Below are positions 1 to 8,163 of a stretch of 33,558 nucleotides of DNA, one piece after another (position 1 is the stretch's first letter; every line of letters starts with the position of its first letter). The translations under genes were made by a program, and so were the position numbers. The notes under the pieces are model-generated. The model ran no database searches. It saw only the letters and a program-made list of their open reading frames with translations, and was not told the origin of the DNA. The stretch is from IMG/VR virus record IMGVR_UViG_3300043218_000040, positions 1-33,558 of that record; one strand, 5' to 3'. Origin of the DNA: a virus (Duplodnaviria; Caudoviricetes).

Positions 1-505
1 GAATACCGCCGATTGGGACGTTACCAACCGTATGAACCTCCAGCGGAGTAAGGAAGGGCGAACCCCCACCTCCTCCACCAGGAATGGTGATAGTTTTAAT
101 ACCTCCCACACCAGTCGCCGTCACACCAGCTCCAACAAAATCCAGGGTGTCTGCTATCGTGGCAAGAGGTGCGCCCTCATCCTCTACAGTAAGAGTGCCA
201 TCTCCTATACTGACGTAAAGAGCGTCACCTTCCGTTTGTGTAAGGAAGAAAGAATCGTAATCTGCCAAGATAGGAACAACTATTCCTACCCTACTATTGA
301 AAGAGGTGACCCCTCCGCCACCTCCTCCAGCAGCAAGTCTGACAAGGCTAGTACCATCAGGCGAAAAGTAAAGTCCTATGCCAGCCCCAGGATCGTACTG
401 CAAATTGTAGAGTGTCCACTGGCTCAATTCCTGCGGCAAATCATCCGCTGTCTTAATTACGTAGACATTGTCCAGCGGAAGTTGTTTATTGAACGCATCG
501 CCCAC
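1..505 (-). CDS. Fibre/virion structural protein-like, 3' end outside window (absent from ORF track)
   Basis: GTG at 505 overlaps upstream TAG (TAGTG); open to the edge: MGDAFNKQLPLD...GGGGGGVTSFNSRVGIVVP...LTVEDEGAPLATIADTLDFVGAGVTATG...; poly-Gly linkers and VTSxNxRxG motif typical of fibres. Confidence 0.6.
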   Translation of the reverse strand, partial: MGDAFNKQLPLDNVYVIKTADDLPQELSQWTLYNLQYDPGAGIGLYFSPDGTSLVRLAAGGGGGGVTSFNSRVGIVVPILADYDSFFLTQTEGDALYVSIGDGTLTVEDEGAPLATIADTLDFVGAGVTATGVGGIKTITIPGGGGGGSPFLTPLEVHTVGNVPIGGI

Positions 506-828
506 TACTGTGTCCCTAGTTCCCTCTCCGCCATGTCTAGCTGCCTCTTACGATTATACCGGGAGATCTCCTCTGTAGCCTCGGCCTCAGCCGCTGCCGC
601 TGGAACCATGTAGTTCTCTGGGGAAGCCTCCATATCTCGTAGGAGCTTATTGTAGGCACGGAGCTCACGTTTTTTACGCAAGCCGAAATCCATACTTGAT
701 TCTCCTTCACCCCGTACGAATGTTGGGGAAGGAGGGGTCGGGGCGCGGACCATTTCTCGTTCTCGTGGAGTTGCATCATCGTCCCCGCTAAATAACTCGG
801 CAAACCAGCCTCTGTCTTCGTCAGCCAT
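505..828 (-). CDS. Hypothetical protein
   Basis: 107 aa ORF tightly packed in the operon, GAGG upstream. Confidence 0.7.
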   Translation of the reverse strand: MADEDRGWFAELFSGDDDATPREREMVRAPTPPSPTFVRGEGESSMDFGLRKKRELRAYNKLLRDMEASPENYMVPAAAAEAEATEEISRYNRKRQLDMAERELGTQ

Positions 829-829
829 G

Positions 830-1093
830 TCAGTACCTCATATCCCCGTTGCGACGCAAACCTTTTGTCAAAGCTCTTTGCTTTGACCCTCGCGTGGTCG
901 GGTTACGCTTTTTCTTTACCTTGTCATGCCGGTACTCTGCGTTACTCCCAACGGCTGCACTCACCGTTCCACCCGTTGACACCTTCGGCTTACCCATGAA
1001 CTCTCTCCCAACACTCTGGGGTATCCCCAAAGTTGATTTCCCGGCTGCTGCCGCCGCCATCGCTCTTCCTTGCTTTGCTGTCTTAGCTGGCAT
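830..1093 (-). CDS. Small basic phage protein
   Basis: MPAKTAKQGRAMAAAAAGKSTLGIPQSVGREF resembles small proteins often seen near phage packaging genes; GGAGG upstream; overlaps terS stop. Confidence 0.65.
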   Translation of the reverse strand: MPAKTAKQGRAMAAAAAGKSTLGIPQSVGREFMGKPKVSTGGTVSAAVGSNAEYRHDKVKKKRNPTTRGSKQRALTKGLRRNGDMRY

Positions 1094-1494
1094 CAATCCT
1101 CCGTATCCAGAGGGCCACGCGGAAGTACGTGCTTAACGATTATCTCCCCACTATGCTCAAGCTGTTGCTGAGCGGTCGTGGGGAGTAACCGAGCATAGAG
1201 CTTATAGAATGCTGACGGGGACTGATCGGCCCAGTGAGCAAGGCGGGGGACACCTCCGATAAGCTCAAACGCATCCTGGAAGGCGTTGACCACTCTTTTT
1301 CGTTGTAGCTCGCGCGGTACACTAATCCGTGATACACCATTCCCGCTCTCTGCTAGGCCGGTCAGCTCCTGACCCATCTTAGCAGCATCACTGTAAGGTT
1401 GTTCATCATCGTAGACGCGCTCGGTAGCTGCCTGCTCTACCTCTTGGTAGTCTTCTGCTGGAATGAACTGCTGAACAGTTTGTTCCTTACTCAT
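1093..1494 (-). CDS. terS: Terminase small subunit (putative)
   Basis: AFELIGGVPRLAHWA..PSAFYKLYARLLP..LEHSGEI pattern typical of small terminases; first gene of late operon. Confidence 0.7.
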   Translation of the reverse strand: MSKEQTVQQFIPAEDYQEVEQAATERVYDDEQPYSDAAKMGQELTGLAESGNGVSRISVPRELQRKRVVNAFQDAFELIGGVPRLAHWADQSPSAFYKLYARLLPTTAQQQLEHSGEIIVKHVLPRGPLDTED

Positions 1495-1502
1495 GGGTCA
1501 GA

Positions 1503-1532
1503 ATTATACGCCCTCCATGCCCCGAATTGCAA
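1503..1532 (-). promoter_or_regulatory. sigma70-type promoter for terS/late operon
   Basis: minus strand TTGCAA-18 nt-TATAAT. Confidence 0.65.
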
Positions 1533-1618
1533 GCTATCTGTGAGGAGCTCACAGCCTCATTTTGTACCTATGGGTCGAGTCATAGTTATTGTGATTGTTG
1601 GGGTAAATGACCGGGGGG

Positions 1619-1783
1619 ACTTAACATAATAGAGTACTTACCATAATCCACTCCTTTAACATAATCCAGGATTTAACATAACGATCTCGGCTTAACATAA
1701 TCCAGCAGATTATTATGTAAAGGAAATCGTGCGTTATGTTAAGGAACATCCACTTAACATAATACATCTACATTATGTAAAAA
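1619..1783. repeat. Left array of 9 XerD-arm-like motifs (TTAACATAAT/ATTATGTTAA and variants)
   Basis: cores at 1621, 1638, 1656, 1673, 1692, 1712(rc), 1733(rc), 1754, 1772(rc); spacing 17-21 bp. Confidence 0.9.
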
Positions 1784-1811
1784 GAAGGGCCACCCAAAAT
1801 CTGGGTGGCCC
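1779..1811 (-). terminator. Rho-independent terminator of the 1827-2096 gene
   Basis: minus strand GGGCCACCCA-gattt-TGGGTGGCCC followed by TTCTTTTT. Confidence 0.85.
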
Positions 1812-1826
1812 CGCGCCCGGCGAATT

Positions 1827-2096
1827 TTACTTAATAACAAACGCCGGAGTTTGCCCATTTTTCGGGCTGGCCACCGTTAGGAACGTGACCCAGCCAGCCA
1901 CAGGTTCTGGCTTACCGGCGAACTTGCCGGATTTGGGCATGGACGGGCAGTTGCCCTTGGACGCCACGTGAGCGGCGAATGCGGAAACCGGCTTGCCCAC
2001 GAAACTGGACATGGCACCCTGCCAAGCCGAACGTGCGCCCCGGTACGTGCCCTTGAACTTGGGATTTACCGCAATTACTGGATTTTTAGTAGACAT
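1827..2096 (-). CDS. Small basic protein, putative DNA-binding; paralog of 13821-14144
   Basis: GC-rich ORF between AT-rich arrays; AAGG upstream; own terminator; shares RGARxxW, GKPVxxFA and GWxxF with 13821-14144. Confidence 0.8.
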   Translation of the reverse strand: MSTKNPVIAVNPKFKGTYRGARSAWQGAMSSFVGKPVSAFAAHVASKGNCPSMPKSGKFAGKPEPVAGWVTFLTVASPKNGQTPAFVIK

Positions 2097-2178
2097 AAGA
2101 TTTTACCTTAGCTAGTTGCGATGGCCAATTTGCCACCGTAAATTCATGGTAACACGGGTAATTTTCCAAATGGGCCTG

Positions 2179-2349
2179 TCTTTACATAATACGCAAATTA
2201 GATATTATGTTAAATGGCACGGATATTGCCCAGACGGAGTTTTACATAATATAAATCCATTTAACATAATATTGATGTTCAATAGATTTTATTATGTTAA
2301 ATGGACAAAATATTATGTTAAGAGTTCAATAGATTTCATTATGTTAAAT
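2179..2349. repeat. Right array of 7 XerD-arm-like motifs
   Basis: cores at 2181, 2204(rc), 2241, 2261, 2291(rc), 2312(rc), 2338(rc); includes a 27-bp direct repeat 2277-2303/2324-2350 with one mismatch. Confidence 0.9.
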
Positions 2350-2524
2350 GACGAGAGAGATTGACCGAGATCGACCGATTTTCCAGGAGCTTCGCTTCAT
2401 TCTTCAATGAAAATCTAGGATTTCGCTTCATTACGACCCGAAGTCGGAGATTTGATGGGAGGCGAGGGCCTCTGCCAGCTTCGTGTGTCGGTGGAGGATC
2501 CCTCGATGGTTGGAATATGACCTA

Positions 2525-2835
2525 GGTAGCCGGGTTGCCAGAGTAGCCAGCAGATTTAACGGGGCCATATATCACATATAGAGTCTAGCGTACACACGTA
2601 AGGGTGGGAATATACTGGCTACTCTGGCTACCTTGGCTACCTTCATATATGACCTGTTGTTTTTGTTAGTATTTCTTACTACCTTCGGGGTAGCCAGTAC
2701 CTTCTGTCTGGCTACCATTTCCCTGCTCGCTGGCTACCAACCTCTGCCAAAACACCCTATCGTTCACTAATGGTGCCCAACTTATGATATTTGGAGGGGT
2801 AGGCCGGATAATAAAATAACGAGCAGGGTAGCCAG
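2525..2835. repeat. GGTAGCCAG/CTGGCTACC iteron-like repeats, candidate replication origin
   Basis: triplet 2525-2550 inverted against triplet 2615-2641; more copies at 2689, 2708, 2730, 2827 inside the primase 3' end. Confidence 0.6.
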
Positions 2836-4759
2836 CAACCTTGATTTTGTTCCCACTATTAGCCAGTTCAACCCTAGCATTCTTTAATGCTCTATTCATA
2901 CCATTAACTTCGCCACGCTCTAAATCGCATAGACGTGTATGACCTTCCTTGTACAACCACAGGAGCTCTTTCGCGGTGGCCACGTATCCATCAACTTCAC
3001 TATGGCCAGCGACCAGCACAGTTTCAGGGTCATGTAGCAACTGCTGAACCCAGAGATCGAGTGTAGTGTGCGTCAATTCAATCATATCCTTTTTAGCACC
3101 TGTCATTGGTGCCATTCCCTTCGGGTTAAACTGCGCGAGATTACGCGCTAGAAGGTAGCCATATATCGCCTCTGCACCACCAGCATCCAGCCACTCCCAT
3201 CGGTGCTCCCAAAAGCTCTGGCTATTGGCCACGGCGATGTTACTGTCAGGCTCCACACATTCGGCCACATAGAACCTACGGTCATTGGCGTCCAGCTTAA
3301 ATATCCCCACTTGGTTCCCAGTTAGAAATACATTTAGTCTATTATCAATAAATATGGCGTCCACACCCTTCTTTTCCAACCGCAGTATGGGGTTCGTTAT
3401 CATGTCCTTTAGCTTGTTGTAGACCATCTGGTTGTTGCCACCGACCTCGTCAGTCTCTTCCACAACGAATAACTGCCGGGTCGCTACTTCCGCGTTAAAG
3501 TTCTTTTCAAGCACCGTAAGGGGGACACTGGCAACATTCTTATTCCCAAATATGCGCGTGAATATAGCAGTCACCCAGCCCTTCCCAATGCCCGGTGGTC
3601 CGACCATCACCAGCCCTGTGGTGAGCTTACCACCTAGATTCTGGAGCTGCCATGCCCACCAATCTAAGATATAATCTATTTCCTTTTCAGTAAATACAAG
3701 TTCCAGCCATTCGGTAAACAGGCTAACATCAGCAGCCAGTGGTTCACAGCCCATACCTTCCCACGCATTGTAAGACCCCCTTCCATCTGGAATGAGCCGG
3801 GGCTGGCCGGGAAGGTACACATAATCGTTGACCACTGTGCGCTCGGGCCATTTCATATATGTCTTAGCAACAGGAACAGGCTTACCGTCTTCATTCCATA
3901 CCTGCCTGTCAGCGTAGTGGCCTGATTCAAAATTACCGCGTGACATTAGCAGGCCATCAGATATCCTTATGCACATGGCGAGTTGGTCGCACCAACATAC
4001 TTCCTGTGCCATTATCTTTAGGTGGTCAGACATTGCGCTTGGCAGCGGTTCCGGCTCCCCATGGAGATAGTCTTGTGTAGCATCACGTCCATTCTTAGCA
4101 TAGTAATCATCTAGTCCCCACTGACCCTCCTTGGGTGGGGGAAGGACCAAAATGCTGGCGTGGACTTGATATTCAACCTCTATACTCGCCGATAGCTTAC
4201 GAGCTGCCAGCCAGAGTTTAGGGTTGGCTTCACATACATTTGAATCCATACATATGATAGGCTGAAGGCGTAGGTCGTGCCACGGCAGTAGCTTGAAGTC
4301 CCAGTTTAGCTTATTCGTATATGACCAGCCCCAGCATCCGCTCACCCCTACGGCATGGAAGCCAAGCATGGCACAGATATCTGCCTTCAAGTAGGACTCG
4401 CAAATGTAAACTTTATCGTTGTATTCCAGCTTGCCCCAAGGACTTAGTGGGCTGAAATATAGGCCAGGAACTTGGCCCTTCGGAGGTAGGAACTTAGGCT
4501 TGTCTTTATTAGATATGATACCTTGCTGGTAGAATACGCGAGCCCCGAGCTTGCCCGTGGCGACGCCCTCGGGGTCACGTAGCCTCCACACTATACCACG
4601 ACTAAGTCCTGGTACTTTTGGGAACCCCTGCTCATGCAGCCATGTGGAGGTCTTTACTTCCAAACCAAGCCGCTTCACAGTTATTTCATCAATTCCCCTT
4701 TCCGTTAAGTACTCTAGTTGCTCATTGAAGTCCGTAAAGGAAAAGGGAGTCGTTGCCAC
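2666..4759 (-). CDS. Primase-helicase (TOPRIM/DUF3854-like N-terminus, P-loop/DUF5906-like C-terminus)
   Basis: ICESYLKAD, GVSGCWGW, CMDSN, GLDDY Toprim-type motifs; Walker A GPPGIGKG; FVVEE; DRRF. Confidence 0.85.
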   Translation of the reverse strand: MATTPFSFTDFNEQLEYLTERGIDEITVKRLGLEVKTSTWLHEQGFPKVPGLSRGIVWRLRDPEGVATGKLGARVFYQQGIISNKDKPKFLPPKGQVPGLYFSPLSPWGKLEYNDKVYICESYLKADICAMLGFHAVGVSGCWGWSYTNKLNWDFKLLPWHDLRLQPIICMDSNVCEANPKLWLAARKLSASIEVEYQVHASILVLPPPKEGQWGLDDYYAKNGRDATQDYLHGEPEPLPSAMSDHLKIMAQEVCWCDQLAMCIRISDGLLMSRGNFESGHYADRQVWNEDGKPVPVAKTYMKWPERTVVNDYVYLPGQPRLIPDGRGSYNAWEGMGCEPLAADVSLFTEWLELVFTEKEIDYILDWWAWQLQNLGGKLTTGLVMVGPPGIGKGWVTAIFTRIFGNKNVASVPLTVLEKNFNAEVATRQLFVVEETDEVGGNNQMVYNKLKDMITNPILRLEKKGVDAIFIDNRLNVFLTGNQVGIFKLDANDRRFYVAECVEPDSNIAVANSQSFWEHRWEWLDAGGAEAIYGYLLARNLAQFNPKGMAPMTGAKKDMIELTHTTLDLWVQQLLHDPETVLVAGHSEVDGYVATAKELLWLYKEGHTRLCDLERGEVNGMNRALKNARVELANSGNKIKVAGYPARYFIIRPTPPNIISWAPLVNDRVFWQRLVASEQGNGSQTEGTGYPEGSKKY

Positions 4760-4840
4760 GTCATGCTCCTGGAGGGATTATAGTTAGTCTTTGTACTTAC
4801 CATAATACGCCCACGGTGCGCGAATAGCTAAACTCTTTAA

Positions 4841-5200
4841 TCAGTATCCTTCTATTTCCACTTTCATAAAGTGGGCGATATGTACCAGACTGTCGGGGTG
4901 GCCGCTTTCGGCCATAGCCAGACACCAAATGGCTATGAGCAGTTGGCATTCGTCGTCTTCGTTTCCATTCTCCGGAATATATCTACTTATGTAGTATGAT
5001 TCTTGAGGCAATACGTCCCACAAGCCATCGTGGTAAAAGTACGGTTCATCCTTCAAGCAACAGTCTGGGGTTGGTTCATGCAGTTGCACCAGAATATTCT
5101 GGCGTATTGTTTTCTGCTGTTGCTCATCCTTCCACAAGTCCATAAGCAATTCGTACTGCCTGCTTTGACCTTGTTCCCTATGATATTCTAATTTACCCAT
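4841..5200 (-). CDS. Hypothetical protein
   Basis: ATG 5200 with AAGGA, coupled to SprT stop. Confidence 0.6.
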   Translation of the reverse strand: MGKLEYHREQGQSRQYELLMDLWKDEQQQKTIRQNILVQLHEPTPDCCLKDEPYFYHDGLWDVLPQESYYISRYIPENGNEDDECQLLIAIWCLAMAESGHPDSLVHIAHFMKVEIEGY

Positions 5201-5678
5201 TTCCTTGGTACTCCAATCCGCTGCCGCATTTGCGACAAGTAAATTCAACGCCATAAATGATATGCTTGTTATGACGGCCTGTTTTCAGGTGGTGGTCGCC
5301 ACAGCCACACCGATAGTGATGCTTGTTGTGACGCTTACGAACTAGGTTGGGTTGTTCCATGCGGTGGCAGCGGGAAGGTTGTACACCGAGCCGGTACATC
5401 ATGTCTTGCCATTCCTGTCCGTGGGGCTTGCACCGACGTCCATAGTTAAGGTGAACAAGGCAATGGGCGATTTCGTGTATAACTGTATCGCGTAAGTTTT
5501 CTGGGTGCTGTTCGGCTAGGTCAGCATTGATTTCCAACTTGCTTATGCCGATGGCCCTGCCTGCCGTCGGGCTATTACGAAATAACCGTAAGTCAAATGC
5601 ACAGGGAAACTGCGTATTGTCCGGAGCATTCATTACCACTTCGGCAATAATTGTTTCTACCTTAATTTGGGTTGACAT
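5193..5678 (-). CDS. SprT-like zinc metalloprotease
   Basis: DTVIHEIAH (HExxH), PHGQEWQ, C-terminal YRCGC...CRKC zinc ribbon. Confidence 0.9.
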   Translation of the reverse strand: MSTQIKVETIIAEVVMNAPDNTQFPCAFDLRLFRNSPTAGRAIGISKLEINADLAEQHPENLRDTVIHEIAHCLVHLNYGRRCKPHGQEWQDMMYRLGVQPSRCHRMEQPNLVRKRHNKHHYRCGCGDHHLKTGRHNKHIIYGVEFTCRKCGSGLEYQGNG

Positions 5679-5871
5679 GGCCACGCTCCCGTATTTTTAT
5701 ATCGTAAACCATGTCGCCTAGCTGCACCCCAATTTCAGCTTCTGGGGTTTCCAGTTCCATACCGGCGTCCACAATGGTTGCTCCATTATGCTCCAGTATG
5801 CCGACTATCACATTTCTTAATTCCAATACGTTCATTAGTTAGTTTCCTTCCTTTAGTTAGCTTACATATAA

Positions 5872-5900
5872 ATTATATAAAATGGGGCCGTCAATTGCAA
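5872..5900 (-). promoter_or_regulatory. Near-consensus sigma70 promoter
   Basis: minus strand TTGCAA-17 nt-TATAAT. Confidence 0.75.
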
Positions 5901-5903
5901 TAC

Positions 5904-6503
5904 TTAGACCAAGTTTTTATTCCGCTTAGTTATGCGAGCATCCCGAGCAGCCAGCCATTCGGCTGCATTAGGAAGGGGGAGAGACATAAACCCATGACAC
6001 CATGCTGCACAGAGCTCAGGGATTTGGGGCCACGGCATTCTAGAAAGACCATATTGTTGAGCTGATAGGAACCCCCGCCGAGTAAGTGCTAGGTCATTAC
6101 GGCCCCAAGACATTGGGCAACTAAGTGCTCGCTTCGCTGACCGTGTGCCCATTTCGTAGGCATCTTGAACACTGACCATTTTGCTGTAGATTTCTACAGG
6201 AACATAGCCCCATTCTTTGTGCCAGGAATTACGATGGGTTTGCACTTCCACAAGGGCTTCGTGCCTGCCCTTATTCTTACCCCATTCCATAGTGTACCTG
6301 TGAATATGGCCAGTGCGGACGTACAGCTTAGATGTAAACTTGATGTTACCGTAAGTCACCCGCCCGTAAGATTCTACGGTGCATGTTTCAGGACCAGTAA
6401 TTTCACGTACCCTAATCAGCTTACTGCCGTCACCAGTTGACCGGAGAAGAGTGCCTGCCTTAATTTCGCCATAGTAGGCTCGCGTTTTTATAATATCGTA
6501 CAT
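5904..6503 (-). CDS. Hypothetical early protein
   Basis: 199 aa ORF, AGGA upstream, first gene of leftward early unit. Confidence 0.7.
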   Translation of the reverse strand: MYDIIKTRAYYGEIKAGTLLRSTGDGSKLIRVREITGPETCTVESYGRVTYGNIKFTSKLYVRTGHIHRYTMEWGKNKGRHEALVEVQTHRNSWHKEWGYVPVEIYSKMVSVQDAYEMGTRSAKRALSCPMSWGRNDLALTRRGFLSAQQYGLSRMPWPQIPELCAAWCHGFMSLPLPNAAEWLAARDARITKRNKNLV

Positions 6504-6655
6504 AAGGTTTTCCTAGTTAACTACACCTTTATATAATACCACCTAGCGGCCCGATTTACATAAGTCTTTGTTCATCAAACAGGGAATAAAGATACCTTGC
6601 ACATCGGCCCAGCTTATGTAATTATGTAAATACAGGCTAACTTAGGAAATCAATT
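6504..6655. promoter_or_regulatory. Divergent promoter region
   Basis: AT-rich gap between divergent ORFs; minus-strand extended -10 GTGGTATTAT at 6533-6542; TTGCAC at 6597 on plus. Confidence 0.5.
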
Positions 6656-6922
6656 ATGGGTAATCTAGTATTTATCGGCAACATAGAAGATCAAGTGGGT
6701 GGCCACATGGTTCAAGTAACTCTTGAAGAATATCAACCCAGCAACCCCGAACCTGGGGAAATGCAGCTTCACTGCCGGGTACACCAGACTTTAATGCCAG
6801 CCGACCACCCCTTCACCCTGCGAGTCATTGCAATGTACCACGAATGGCAGGACCATTTCGCAGGTAGCACTGACTTGGACACTCACCTTTACAACTTATC
6901 ACAGGCCACGCACAGACCATGA
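6656..6922 (+). CDS. Hypothetical early protein
   Basis: AGGA RBS; ATGA coupling to next gene. Confidence 0.65.
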   Translation: MGNLVFIGNIEDQVGGHMVQVTLEEYQPSNPEPGEMQLHCRVHQTLMPADHPFTLRVIAMYHEWQDHFAGSTDLDTHLYNLSQATHRP

Positions 6923-7107
6923 GCAAACAAAGATTACAACGCTTCCTTATTATCCACAAAATACCTTCCAAGGGGGTTCGGGTTATTGGTACGAATGGAG
7001 GCCTCCCCTTTGTTGAAGCTGCGGCAGATAAACATGCGAACCGTCTAAACAAGCGGGATGGGGAAACTTACAGAGTGGTGGAAATCACCAAGTTGACCAA
7101 AGCATGA
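6919..7107 (+). CDS. Hypothetical early protein
   Basis: ATGA overlaps on both sides. Confidence 0.6.
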   Translation: MSKQRLQRFLIIHKIPSKGVRVIGTNGGLPFVEAAADKHANRLNKRDGETYRVVEITKLTKA

Positions 7108-7334
7108 TTGATGATAAACTCAAATTAATCGCCATGCTGACCCGCAGGTCAGCATTAAAGTTAGAGCTGCTTGGTATGAAGCGTAGCCGTTCACCTTCGG
7201 CATACATAATAATCAAGCGCGCATACGGGATGACTGGCAATAGAACTCATGTGCTGGAGCAGTTGGAAATCCTTATTACCCAAGAAAAAGAGGCACAAGA
7301 GAGGAATTACGCAAATGTCCAACTTATTAAATGA
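7104..7334 (+). CDS. Hypothetical early protein
   Basis: ATGA overlap; basic helical 76 aa. Confidence 0.65.
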   Translation: MIDDKLKLIAMLTRRSALKLELLGMKRSRSPSAYIIIKRAYGMTGNRTHVLEQLEILITQEKEAQERNYANVQLIK

Positions 7335-7722
7335 TATAAAGGCAGAAATCCGTAAGTCTAAACAATTATGGAAGCAGCAGCGGAGGCTATTTAAGGAGCA
7401 TGAAGCTGATATTACTGAAATAATAAACGAGCTTGACCTCTCCGGGGCTAGTTCCGCACGTATGGACTGTGATTCGGAAGATATCAACTTTTATGCTTCA
7501 GGTAAAACGGATGTAATCAAGGAAATATTCCGTGCCTTCCGTAAGCTAGGCTACGAACCAAGTAGCCGACCAGAGGCCAAGCCCCAATCTAGCTTCACTT
7601 GCTACTTCCACCAAGATGGGAAACCCACCTTCTACCTTAGCTTCGCTTCTACACTCTGTAAGCGTGTCAAAGTGGGTACTAAGATGCAGGAAGTTGACAT
7701 TTACGAAACGGTGTGTGAATAA
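7315..7722 (+). CDS. Hypothetical early protein
   Basis: ATG 7315 with GAGGA upstream, preferred over track start 7249. Confidence 0.7.
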   Translation: MSNLLNDIKAEIRKSKQLWKQQRRLFKEHEADITEIINELDLSGASSARMDCDSEDINFYASGKTDVIKEIFRAFRKLGYEPSSRPEAKPQSSFTCYFHQDGKPTFYLSFASTLCKRVKVGTKMQEVDIYETVCE

Positions 7723-7788
7723 TACCAATTGAAAACCACCTGTGGTATTATGTAATGGCAGGCCACCATAGAATAAGGAGCACGATAA

Positions 7789-8163
7789 ATGGACCTAGCA
7801 GACCTCAAAGCCACAGCCCGAAAATATGAATACGCTAAGGCTGAACGCCTTGCCGCCGACCGTGCAGCAAGGGAACTCAAGACTCTGGAAGAAGGGCTCT
7901 ATGCTCAACTAGTCCTGCATTGCCATGAACATGGTGAGGCTGGAGTAGACATGGGCGACGTACTTGTGGAATATATGGCCACCCAAGAACCTGTTGGAGA
8001 GGATTGGGCAGCAATTCACACGTACATAGTCGCCAATGATGCTATGGATCTCGTACATAAGCGTCTTACAGCCACGGCAGTCAAATTGCGCTGGGATGAT
8101 GATATTGAAATACCCGGCATAGGGCGGAAAACTGTTGAAAAAATAAAGGTGATACTAAAATGA
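7789..8163 (+). CDS. Conserved phage replication-module protein
   Basis: AAGGAG RBS; DW..I..YI..ND..DL..KR....A......IPG pattern of proteins found upstream of SSB/PolA. Confidence 0.65.
   Translation: MDLADLKATARKYEYAKAERLAADRAARELKTLEEGLYAQLVLHCHEHGEAGVDMGDVLVEYMATQEPVGEDWAAIHTYIVANDAMDLVHKRLTATAVKLRWDDDIEIPGIGRKTVEKIKVILK

Noticed and set aside
32-613. 193 aa plus-strand ORF
   Set aside because: Antisense shadow of the minus-strand fibre-like gene
1619-2349. Repeat arrays as CRISPR or as CtrA boxes
   Set aside because: Units are only 10-11 bp, in mixed orientation, with no repeat-spacer structure; TTAA spacing is 17-21 bp rather than TTAA-N7-TTAA
1729-2364. Plus-strand ORFs 1729-1971 and 2116-2364
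   Set aside because: Recurring YYVK/NII peptides are translations of the DNA repeat; the first is antisense to a better gene
5690-5834. Tiny minus-strand ORFs behind the 5872-5900 promoter (MNVLELRNVDSRHTGA and a following short ORF)
   Set aside because: Good RBS but too short to support without homologs
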